From Promethearchaeota archaeon (lineage in GTDB: Archaea > Asgardarchaeota > Lokiarchaeia > Sigyniarchaeales > Promethearchaeaceae): DNA of 24,000 nt. The stretch spans positions 11,281 through 35,280 of the forward strand of contig SDNX01000012.1 in the NCBI GenBank assembly GCA_004524545.1, given 5' to 3'. Position numbers and translations under genes: made by a program. Each line of letters opens with the position of its first letter. Position 1 is the first letter of the stretch. Below are positions 1-8,121 of this stretch, piece by piece. Under the pieces are notes generated by a model that was not told where the DNA came from, searched no databases, and saw only the letters and a list, made by a program, of their open reading frames with translations.

Positions 1-1130
1 GTACTAGACAAACTACCTGCTGCTGCTGCAGAGGAGAGAAACATCTCTGTCATGAGAGAAGTAGTGGATCCATGATCATCGCAGATTAGCATGGAAAAAT
101 CGAATGTGCGATTAGCATCAAACATTTCTATAAAGAAGGGGACTTCCGCAAGCGGATTATAGGTTTGTTTCGGGTCAAATACTACAAGACAGACACTTCG
201 ATTCATTCGTATCAACGAACTTAAAGAGGATTGAACCGCATAAGTTTCATATCCCATGGATTCTACATATTCTCTAAACTCGGAATTACCCGTGGGTCGT
301 GTATTGTATACCGAATGATCTCGATAATTCATACCTCCATCAATAATATGGCCCAAAAGAGGAATCCATGCAAAAATAAATAACACGACTAGCAAAGCCT
401 GTTGAATTCCCCACGAAGACTTTTTTGAACGTCGAAATTCCCGTATAACCCTTAAACCATTCATCACCAGCCTGATAACATATATTGCAGGGAAAATGTA
501 CATTACAAAACTAATCATAGTTTCATAACCAGACGCTCCGAGAAAATCAATGCCAGGTTGTAAGAATGCAGAGATGCTGGCGAGTATACCGAAAATGTGA
601 ACTAATATAATTAACACCCAAATTACTACTATCATAGAATCTGATTCGGGATCTAAATCACTAAAGGATTTTTGCATCCGATTGATGGTATTGAAACTCA
701 TGATATACCAAAACAGGCCAACAACTCCTTCTACAATCATTACAGGAGTAATATAAGACGTATCAATTATGATATATCCCAATAATTCAACTATGTATCG
801 GGACATGTACGCCATATACAATCCTAACCAGATGAACATGATAGTGTTACACAGGATAGGAACAACCCGTGGCCATTTTTTCTTAATAATCAAACAAATT
901 ATAAACACACCAATAGCAATATAGACGGGGAGCATTGCCGAAAAACTGAAATTTTCATCTGCGAGGAAGATTTCTAATACCATGGCTAGGGCGGATTTAT
1001 TTTGACCTGGGAATTGAACAAAAATCGAAAGAAACAACAATCTAAGTGCAGTACCCATAGGAGACTGAAACCTATAGTACCCTTTCTGTCGTTTTCGTCT
1101 CTGTTTCTTTTCCTTTTTGTCTTTTGCCAT
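1..1130 (-). CDS. Polytopic membrane protein (about 6-7 TM) with C-terminal DUF4350-like soluble domain; partial, runs off the window start
   Basis: Not in the ORF track because its stop lies outside the window. Reverse-complement translation from ATG at 1130..1128 gives an uninterrupted frame: MAKDKKEKKQRRKRQKG... multiple hydrophobic spans ... HSVYNTRPTGNSEFREYVESMGYETYAVQSSL...SVCLVVFDPKQTYNPLAEVPFFIEMFDANRTFDFSMLICDDHGSTTSLM. The tail resembles DUF4350 (GxSxFREyLeslGYe ... lvvldP). Confidence 0.7.
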   Translation of the reverse strand, partial: MAKDKKEKKQRRKRQKGYYRFQSPMGTALRLLFLSIFVQFPGQNKSALAMVLEIFLADENFSFSAMLPVYIAIGVFIICLIIKKKWPRVVPILCNTIMFIWLGLYMAYMSRYIVELLGYIIIDTSYITPVMIVEGVVGLFWYIMSFNTINRMQKSFSDLDPESDSMIVVIWVLIILVHIFGILASISAFLQPGIDFLGASGYETMISFVMYIFPAIYVIRLVMNGLRVIREFRRSKKSSWGIQQALLVVLFIFAWIPLLGHIIDGGMNYRDHSVYNTRPTGNSEFREYVESMGYETYAVQSSLSSLIRMNRSVCLVVFDPKQTYNPLAEVPFFIEMFDANRTFDFSMLICDDHGSTTSLMTEMFLSSAAAAGSLSS

Positions 1131-1157
1131 ATAGATCCCTATCTGATTGACTGATTA

Positions 1158-1529
1158 TTACAAATTTAAGGAGGGAAGTCGATGTCCACTCATTTCCCGA
1201 TAGATATTCCCAAAAGATTCAACAATTTGCATGAAAAATTCCGGTGTAGAAGGATATCCTCCATAAATTGCTTTTTCGATCTGTTGGATGAACGGATAGA
1301 TATTTGCAGGATCCTGTCCATGTTGTTTTACCATGATGATTGCAAAATCTCTCACAGTTTGGGAAAAGGTTTTGCGAACTCCATATTTTTGCAATGCTAG
1401 ATCTGTGTAGATTGTATACATATAGGCAATGGCTTCTTTCAATCTGCCGGTATTGTATAGAAGCTTCACATTTTTAAGTTTTGAAGAAACGTTTAATTCT
1501 TCTTGTTCATCTTTCTTTTTTCGTGCCAT
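1158..1529 (-). CDS. Stand-alone DUF4129-like cytosolic domain protein (123 aa)
   Basis: ORF with ATG start. Contains FSQTVRDFAIIMVKQ...IYPFIQQIEKAIYGGYP, resembling the DUF4129 pattern (T-x-x-E-F-A ... E-x-x-x-Y-G-G). Alignable without gaps to the C-terminus of the 1617..3233 product. Confidence 0.65.
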   Translation of the reverse strand: MARKKKDEQEELNVSSKLKNVKLLYNTGRLKEAIAYMYTIYTDLALQKYGVRKTFSQTVRDFAIIMVKQHGQDPANIYPFIQQIEKAIYGGYPSTPEFFMQIVESFGNIYREMSGHRLPSLNL

Positions 1530-1616
1530 GTAAAACCCTCTAAGGTTTTTGTTTTTTTTTTTCTTGGAATAATGTTGTAGAGTTTTTATGTGCTAAATAA
1601 TTGTCGTGAACTTCAA

Positions 1617-3233
1617 TTAATTAAGTTGGAATGAGGGAAGTGGTTTATCCATCAATTCCAGATAAATTCGACCAAATACCTCAACCGTATGTAAGAAGAC
1701 TTGATCGTTAAAGGGATATCCTCCATATATGACTTGTTCAATTTCTTGGATAAAGGGATATATATTTCGAGGATTTTGTCCAAACTGCTTTACCATAATA
1801 ATTGCAAATTCTGTCGTAGTTTGGGAGGCTTCTTTCTCAATCCCGAATTTTAATTGTGCAATTTCAGTATAGGTGACATACAAATATGCAAGTGCTTCTT
1901 TCACTCTCCCCATTTTGTAGAGCATTCGAACGTTATTGAGACGGTCTTCTATTTCCTTTAGTAGAAGCCCTATATCTTTTTGCGCGCGTTTTTTCATCAA
2001 CCAACGCTGAAAGAAGAATATACCAACAATTACTCCAACAGCACCCACACCTATGACGATAAATTCCCATGGAAGATTTGTAAACGCGGTCGGAGCCCGA
2101 ATTCTGACAGTTTGTTGATAGATCAATATTCCACCAGGAACGACTTCAACATTGCCATTCGAGTAATAAGAAAGTACCGTGACTGTAATAGTGTAAGTGC
2201 CGGTTATGTTTGGTATTAGATAGTAGGGTCCAAGAAATCTTCCTCCTACACTCAAAGTCCCGTTATATAACATGACATTCACACTATCACCAGTTAATGT
2301 AATTGTTATATAGGAACCATTTAGAGCATATCCGCCCCCCGCTTGCACCACATTCCCATTGATAGAATAATTTGTGTTTTGGTAAATAGTTCGACCAATA
2401 TTATCAAAATCGACTTCTATACCGGTAATAATGTTAAATTCTTGTGGTTCTGAGGTATCAGCTGATAAGGCTGGAGTTCCTGGCCAGTTTAGAGTATAAT
2501 ACTCATATGCAGCATTGTGCGGTATTTCTTCATAAAAATACCCCGTGTCACTCACGGTGATATTGGGACCTTGGGTTCCCGTTCCTATATCACCATACCA
2601 TAGTTCTAAATCAAAACCAAATAAACTCGTATAAGGGGAACCCGTTAGAGTGTCTTCAACTACCCCTGATACTGGATAGAAAGTTGATCCTGAAAGCGTA
2701 GGTTGTGGATTAGCAGTAATTTGTATATCGGCACCTGAAATAAGGTATAGATCCAATTGATTGGAACAGTTTGTATCGTAGCCTCCTTGGGTAGTGTTTG
2801 CTTGGATATAATTTAATCCACTGAGAAAGGTATCTGCATCTGCTGTGAAAGGTAGAGCAAAATTCCCCAATCCATCAGTATTTGTCACTTCAGAGGAAAC
2901 TATATCCCCATTTACAACTAATACAATTTCCCCCACATATGCATCCCATGCAGCCCCATTCCATTTAAGTGCATATCCATTCAGTGTTACACCTTCTCCA
3001 TCAGATACATAGGTTTCACTTATACTTGTAAGGGTAATATTCCCTGTAATCGTACGAATTGACGCAGATGGAGATTTTTGATTCAACTGATTTGGTGTAT
3101 CATTAGGAGGGTTAAACATTATAAATGAAGCAAAAAATACGAGGGCAATTCCAAAAACGCATAATAAAACTTTTTGAATCTGTAGGGAATGTCCTATAAG
3201 ATGCTTTCGTAATGAGGGGTTGGATTTGGACAT
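1617..3233 (-). CDS. Membrane-anchored protein: N-terminal TM/signal anchor, Ig-like extracellular repeats, C-terminal TM, cytosolic DUF4129-like domain
   Basis: TM span VLLCVFGIALVFFASFIMF near the N-terminus, beta-rich Ser/Thr/Gly ectodomain, TM span LPWEFIVIGVGAVGVIVGIFFF followed by QRWLMKKRAQK, then the DUF4129-like tail. SD-like AAGGAG (3241..3246, minus) 7 nt upstream of ATG. Confidence 0.75.
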   Translation of the reverse strand: MSKSNPSLRKHLIGHSLQIQKVLLCVFGIALVFFASFIMFNPPNDTPNQLNQKSPSASIRTITGNITLTSISETYVSDGEGVTLNGYALKWNGAAWDAYVGEIVLVVNGDIVSSEVTNTDGLGNFALPFTADADTFLSGLNYIQANTTQGGYDTNCSNQLDLYLISGADIQITANPQPTLSGSTFYPVSGVVEDTLTGSPYTSLFGFDLELWYGDIGTGTQGPNITVSDTGYFYEEIPHNAAYEYYTLNWPGTPALSADTSEPQEFNIITGIEVDFDNIGRTIYQNTNYSINGNVVQAGGGYALNGSYITITLTGDSVNVMLYNGTLSVGGRFLGPYYLIPNITGTYTITVTVLSYYSNGNVEVVPGGILIYQQTVRIRAPTAFTNLPWEFIVIGVGAVGVIVGIFFFQRWLMKKRAQKDIGLLLKEIEDRLNNVRMLYKMGRVKEALAYLYVTYTEIAQLKFGIEKEASQTTTEFAIIMVKQFGQNPRNIYPFIQEIEQVIYGGYPFNDQVFLHTVEVFGRIYLELMDKPLPSFQLN

Positions 3234-3336
3234 TCTGATACTCCTTTTCTTTACGGGTAATTATAAGTATGTGTTAGTTATTTTTTGCTAAATATATAAT
3301 CCGTGTATGGTCTATGTTATTTCACTAGTTATTGAG

Positions 3337-3353
3337 GAAGAAAAAAATTCTTC
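3337..3353 (-). terminator. Candidate terminator: 6-bp inverted repeat with T7 tract at the end of the large transglutaminase-like gene
   Basis: Minus strand reads GAAGAATTTTTTTCTTC: arms GAAGAA/TTCTTC around TTTTT, overlapping the stop codon at 3352..3354. Oligo-T tracts are typical archaeal terminators. Confidence 0.4.
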
Positions 3354-6300
3354 ATGAGTAAGTTGCCTGTACTTCATCACCATTAATATAGTTAATATCA
3401 TCTTGCACATATTCTACGTAGATCGAATCCACTGACCATAGTACCGTAGTAGAATAACTGAAATTACCTAAACCATCTGTTGTAGCTGTATCTGAATAGA
3501 GTAATGTACTCGAACTGTCATAAAATTTAATGATCACAGTAACACCTGCCAATGCGGTGCTGTTATCATATGTCAATGTTCCATCCACATATACAGGTTG
3601 TCCTGCATAGAGAATTTGTGGACTATAGGTAGCAGTTAAGCTAACATCGGCATATACCGTTTGAAGGCTTTCGGAAGAAAGATCTGCTAATCCTACATCA
3701 AAATTACTTCCGGGGCATTGAATCGAGTAATCTTGCTGATCTCCCGTAAAGTACACGGTGATCCGATACACACCATGGAATGAAATTGGCATTCTCCAGA
3801 CAAAAGCAAACAATCCTGTCGTTTGGTCAGAAATGATATAGCTACCAGGGGTTCCAGGTAACCACGTGATAATGTCACCGGTTCTATCCGTTCCTCCAAA
3901 ATCCCTCACATACAATTGAATACCTGCACCTGTTACAATTTTATCGTTCAGAGTATCACGAACATAACCAGATATAGATACTTGACCACTATTTCTAACG
4001 GATGTTGCACTGGGGGTTGAAACCAGATCAACATACATAGCATCATCCAAAAATACTTGGGTATAATTCTTAATCGTATTATGGGATACACTTAATAGGT
4101 TCAGACCCGCAACATGAGTGGAATCTAATGTGACAAAGAAGGAGGCTCCTCCTGTTGAATTCGTTATTGTGCTATCCAGATCGATACCTAAAGTCTCATC
4201 TCGGAGAGTCACTAGAGCTGATGTTTTTATTCCCAGTCCTTCCCACACTCGAACATCAATTCGTACAACATCGTTTCGATTATAGTATGGAGCAGTACCA
4301 AAATAACTTCCTTGAGTTGGAGAGTAATCTATCCACATTTCGATTATTATATTAGTGGGATCATTAATTGTTAAAGATACAGGACCATCTGCATCCGTGA
4401 AAGCGGGATCGGAAATTAATTGGTTCCTCGAGTTAATTAGCTGCCAATCGCCGCCAAATCCTACATAGATATCATAAATTCCTATGGGAGTTGCGGGATT
4501 TACTCCGTAGGTAGCTGAAAATTGACCATTCCCCCCTACGTTCATATATGTCGGATCTCCAGTGAGAGAGCTTGTATAATCGGTCGGACCTTGTCTCATT
4601 TGAACCCCTACATACCCATAGCGGACATAATCGGCTACTCCAGAATCCCACAGATACCCATCCACATCAAACGTCATCTGCCCACCACCCGTCCGGTTAA
4701 TAAGACCAGGAGTGACCGAAGTAAGAATGATTTCCATAGTTTCATCCACAATTAAATAGAACGATTGGTTTAACCTACCTGCTCCTACCCAATATCCGTA
4801 TAATTCATGTACTCCTGCCTTCCAGTGATGATAATCAGAGGAAAGGGAATACATCATACTACTCAACCCAAAGGAATTGGTGGTTAAAGTTCCCACAATG
4901 TAATCATCATAGGTTTTATCTCGTATCTGTACTTGACCATTTATTACCGGAATACCGGCTTGTTCTAAATAGACATTAAACGTCATGGAATCGGTATCTC
5001 GATCTTTATGGAAGGTATCTTCTTGGAAATATGTTGAGTCTACATCCAAATTAAACACTTTTTGGTTATCATCAATAATTTCAAATGAATACGTATTGCT
5101 GGACGCATCGTTTACTAATGGAATTGTAATACTTTGTGGAGTTCCATATAAGGGATTGATTATTTCATAGGTTCCATTGAAATCCACTCGGAAGTCATAG
5201 ATTCCTTGGGCAACATATTCAGAGATGGTTACAGTTTCAGATATCGCACCATTCATATCTACTTTAATATCAGCAGGAATAACGCTAGTAGGAATTGCTG
5301 CTTTGTGGTATGCAAGAACAGGGTGAAGCATCGCATTTTTCACGCGATTATTGTTCACGGGATCATAAATATAAGCAGATATGTGAGTATCGTTCGTAAT
5401 ACTTCTATTGATAGAATTTGGGATGGGAGCACCTGTCATTTGAATATTCACACTGTCGGCAAGAACGACTGCACACGCATTTTGTTGAAACATTGAATGT
5501 TGAACTCCAATAAAATGAGCTCCCACAGTAAATGAATTGTCCATTACTACATCATAGTTTGCGTATCCATTTCCATCGGTCCATACCGATCCGAGGGAAA
5601 CTTCCTCAGTATAATCGTAGAGTTCTAATTCTTGGGTATCGTTCGTGCCACTTTGTACTTCTCCAAGTTCAAAATCTAAATGAGCAGTATATCCTCTAAA
5701 TCCTTGCGTATAGGTAGAGTAAGTTCCATTAATCCGAATGTTTAGTGGGGCGTCAGAGGGATCATCAGGTCCTGAAGGTAAAGTTAATGAAGGGGATAAA
5801 ATGAACGGAGCAAATTCCCCATTTCCAAAACCATCGGTCACAAAATATATTTCATTCCAAGCATCCATATTGGACAATTGAATTTCACGCATATCCCAAC
5901 CGTTGTAATAAGGATCGGTTGTATCACTGGAATACCGAGAATTATAACCTGCGGTATATCGACAAGGGATATCGAACCATCGGCAGAACATGACAAAAGC
6001 GGCTGCAAAATCCATGGGTAATCCTTCTCCCCGTTCAAGGAACCATTCTACAATATCTTCTCCACTCCCAGGACGCTCAAGCGGGAAAGTGAGATCTAAA
6101 CCGAAATTTTCCACAATATACGTACGAATAATATCGGCAACGGAATAGGTATCCGAAGTACTTCCGATTAATGTGGAAAGATTGGTTACATGAGAACTGA
6201 AATACGGATGGTCATTGTAATAGCCTACTTTATCATCATCCGGGAATTGAGTATATAAATTCATGATTTGAGCTGGTGCAAGGGATGAGCCATACCCATT

Positions 6301-7098
6301 GTTATATATCATTTCATCGGGTTTCGGCGTATAATATAGACCGTATGTTAAATTTCCTGCCGTATTTGTATTCAAAGTATAGGTGGCAGTTGTTCCTTTT
6401 TGGGAGTCGACAGCTAAGTCAAAAGAATTCATAACATCAGTATTACTTGGATCTTCTCCTCTCACATACGTAATTTCAGGTTCCGAAAAACCAGAAGGTA
6501 AAGCCATAGTACCTCCATTTGTTTCTCCAAATGGGATTCTAATCACATAATCTTCTGTAAATGTTGTTGGAACCGTGGAGGTTGGATTATTAAGTGTATT
6601 AGATCTAGCCCATCCATCCCCTGTATACTCATCATATGCAGAATACCGCCATAAATCGTCATCAGAGATAGTTGCTGCTCGTGGATATACACGAAACATC
6701 ACAGTGTTGAGTTGATCCAGATTAGTAATATTACCGAACAAACCGGCTAGGAAAGGTAATCCAGAAAGCAGGTCCAGCAAGTTGGAATCAAAGAGACTCC
6801 AATCATCTGGCGGGGTGAAATTTGGAGGGGCTATGGCATCCAAATCTACATCTACCCAAGGATGACCATCCAAAATATCAACGGACCTGTATTTATCTTG
6901 TTGGAAAATCCAATTTGTTACTGCTGCTGAGAGATACCATCCCCCGATTACAAGAACGACAATAATACCTAAAGAAATCAGTTGCTTCTTTAAACTACCT
7001 TCAGGTTTAGATTGATCCGGTGACATATTTCCATACCTTATGATTGTTTTTTTACTGTAAGAAAAGAGCCTATATCTGTTTATGAACGAATACTCCAT
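3352..7098 (-). CDS. Very large membrane-anchored protein with transglutaminase-like core (apparently catalytically degenerate) followed by Ig-like repeats; start may be 7026
   Basis: N-terminal TM IISLGIIVVLVIGGWYLSAAV. Transglutaminase-like core IVEWFLERGEGLPMDFAAAFVMFCRWFDIPCRYTAGY...REIQLSNMDAWNEIYF. Several Ig-like repeats follow. An internal ATG at 7024..7026 (MSPDQSKPEGSLKKQL) is a plausible real start, just before the TM anchor. Confidence 0.8.
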   Translation of the reverse strand: MEYSFINRYRLFSYSKKTIIRYGNMSPDQSKPEGSLKKQLISLGIIVVLVIGGWYLSAAVTNWIFQQDKYRSVDILDGHPWVDVDLDAIAPPNFTPPDDWSLFDSNLLDLLSGLPFLAGLFGNITNLDQLNTVMFRVYPRAATISDDDLWRYSAYDEYTGDGWARSNTLNNPTSTVPTTFTEDYVIRIPFGETNGGTMALPSGFSEPEITYVRGEDPSNTDVMNSFDLAVDSQKGTTATYTLNTNTAGNLTYGLYYTPKPDEMIYNNGYGSSLAPAQIMNLYTQFPDDDKVGYYNDHPYFSSHVTNLSTLIGSTSDTYSVADIIRTYIVENFGLDLTFPLERPGSGEDIVEWFLERGEGLPMDFAAAFVMFCRWFDIPCRYTAGYNSRYSSDTTDPYYNGWDMREIQLSNMDAWNEIYFVTDGFGNGEFAPFILSPSLTLPSGPDDPSDAPLNIRINGTYSTYTQGFRGYTAHLDFELGEVQSGTNDTQELELYDYTEEVSLGSVWTDGNGYANYDVVMDNSFTVGAHFIGVQHSMFQQNACAVVLADSVNIQMTGAPIPNSINRSITNDTHISAYIYDPVNNNRVKNAMLHPVLAYHKAAIPTSVIPADIKVDMNGAISETVTISEYVAQGIYDFRVDFNGTYEIINPLYGTPQSITIPLVNDASSNTYSFEIIDDNQKVFNLDVDSTYFQEDTFHKDRDTDSMTFNVYLEQAGIPVINGQVQIRDKTYDDYIVGTLTTNSFGLSSMMYSLSSDYHHWKAGVHELYGYWVGAGRLNQSFYLIVDETMEIILTSVTPGLINRTGGGQMTFDVDGYLWDSGVADYVRYGYVGVQMRQGPTDYTSSLTGDPTYMNVGGNGQFSATYGVNPATPIGIYDIYVGFGGDWQLINSRNQLISDPAFTDADGPVSLTINDPTNIIIEMWIDYSPTQGSYFGTAPYYNRNDVVRIDVRVWEGLGIKTSALVTLRDETLGIDLDSTITNSTGGASFFVTLDSTHVAGLNLLSVSHNTIKNYTQVFLDDAMYVDLVSTPSATSVRNSGQVSISGYVRDTLNDKIVTGAGIQLYVRDFGGTDRTGDIITWLPGTPGSYIISDQTTGLFAFVWRMPISFHGVYRITVYFTGDQQDYSIQCPGSNFDVGLADLSSESLQTVYADVSLTATYSPQILYAGQPVYVDGTLTYDNSTALAGVTVIIKFYDSSSTLLYSDTATTDGLGNFSYSTTVLWSVDSIYVEYVQDDINYINGDEVQATYS

Positions 7099-7248
7099 AA
7101 ATAATTAACGAGTTCGGCTCCAATAGAAGGTGTAATCCTCCTAAGATACTTACACTAGATATGATTCTCTCCACCTAAGTGAATTTTCCTTAGTTTATTC
7201 TCGTGTAGGGCATGTATTTTCGGGATACATTAATGAATTGGTTATAAT

Positions 7249-7256
7249 CTTTTTAA
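7249..7256 (+). promoter_or_regulatory. TATA-like element of the tmk gene
   Basis: CTTTTTAA ends 23 nt before ATG 7279, consistent with a nearly leaderless transcript. The same octamer occurs at 8662..8669 and 13878..13885. Confidence 0.4.
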
Positions 7257-7278
7257 AGAACAAATCTCACCATCACTT

Positions 7279-7917
7279 ATGGATAATGGATTTTTCATTG
7301 TGATTGATGGAATTGATAGCTCAGGTTCTACTACTCAAACCGCGAAACTTGGAGGAAAACTAATTGAAAAAGGGATAAAAGTTCATTTGACCATGGAACC
7401 CTCTCAACATCCCGCAGGGAAACTCTTAAGAGAGTATCTCCGAAATGATTCAGCACCGATAGCTACAGATGCTTTATTATTTGCAGCAGATAGAGTAGAG
7501 CATTATCACAAAGAAATATTACCCAAACTCCAGGAAGGATTTGTTGTAATAAGTGATCGGTACGTGGAATCCTCAATTGCCTATCAATCCGCTCAAGCGC
7601 AACAACATCAAGAGAAAGAAAATTCTCCGTTCAAGACTATGGATATGGAATGGGTTAAAACAATCAATAAATTCGTACCGCAACCTGATCTGACTTTTAT
7701 AATCGACATTGACCCACGAGTATCACTTGCCCGAAAAAATCCCACAATTGCATTGGAAAAATTCGAAACGGTGACGTTTTTGGATTCAGTAAGGAAAATT
7801 TACCTTGAACGAGCTCGTTCCTTAAACCATATTATTGTAAATGGAGCAAAACCTGTGGATGAGATTGCAAACATAATAATGAATACTTTTTCGAACATGA
7901 TTTCTTTGGAGGAATGA
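7279..7917 (+). CDS. tmk: Thymidylate kinase (dTMP kinase)
   Basis: FIVIDGIDSSGSTTQT P-loop position, TMEPSQHPAGKLLR, DRYVESSIAYQ, DPRVSLARKN..EKFE, VRKIYLERA: TMK family motifs in correct order. Confidence 0.9.
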   Translation: MDNGFFIVIDGIDSSGSTTQTAKLGGKLIEKGIKVHLTMEPSQHPAGKLLREYLRNDSAPIATDALLFAADRVEHYHKEILPKLQEGFVVISDRYVESSIAYQSAQAQQHQEKENSPFKTMDMEWVKTINKFVPQPDLTFIIDIDPRVSLARKNPTIALEKFETVTFLDSVRKIYLERARSLNHIIVNGAKPVDEIANIIMNTFSNMISLEE

Positions 7918-7923
7918 AAGAAG

Positions 7924-8115
7924 GTGAAATGTAGTATCTGCAAGGCGACAAGTAGTAGAGAATGGCACACATGTGTCGTGTGTGAAGCTGATTTATGTGA
8001 AGAATGTGCAGTGAAGTGCGATAAATGTGGAAAATATTATTGTATAGGTGGCGAGTGCGGGGATGACTACCAAGACGAGGCTGTAGATTATAACTTCTGT
8101 TACAAATGCAAATAG
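7924..8115 (+). CDS. Cysteine-rich zinc-binding micro-protein (63 aa, 12 Cys), ZZ/treble-clef-like motif
   Basis: GTG start 7 nt after the tmk stop. CSIC...TCVVCEADLCEECAVKCDKCGKYYCIGGEC...FCYKC. The CxxCxxxDLCxxC segment resembles ZZ-type fingers. Confidence 0.65.
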   Translation: MKCSICKATSSREWHTCVVCEADLCEECAVKCDKCGKYYCIGGECGDDYQDEAVDYNFCYKCK

Positions 8116-8121
8116 TAAAAT

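Noticed and set aside
1545-1565. Long T-run (A-run on minus strand) before the 1158..1529 gene as a terminator
   Set aside because: On the transcribed minus strand it is an A-tract, not an oligo-U terminator. It is more likely AT-rich leader sequence.
1182-2219. Plus-strand ORFs 1182..1400 and 1980..2219
   Set aside because: Antisense to well-supported minus-strand coding sequence, with no recognisable motifs or start signals.
3693-6038. Short ORFs inside the giant gene (3693..3899, 4155..4355, 4522..4755, 4985..5170, 5206..5496, 5838..6038)
   Set aside because: All lie within the coherent 1248-aa minus-strand ORF whose repeats and transglutaminase-like core are readable; these are shadow ORFs.
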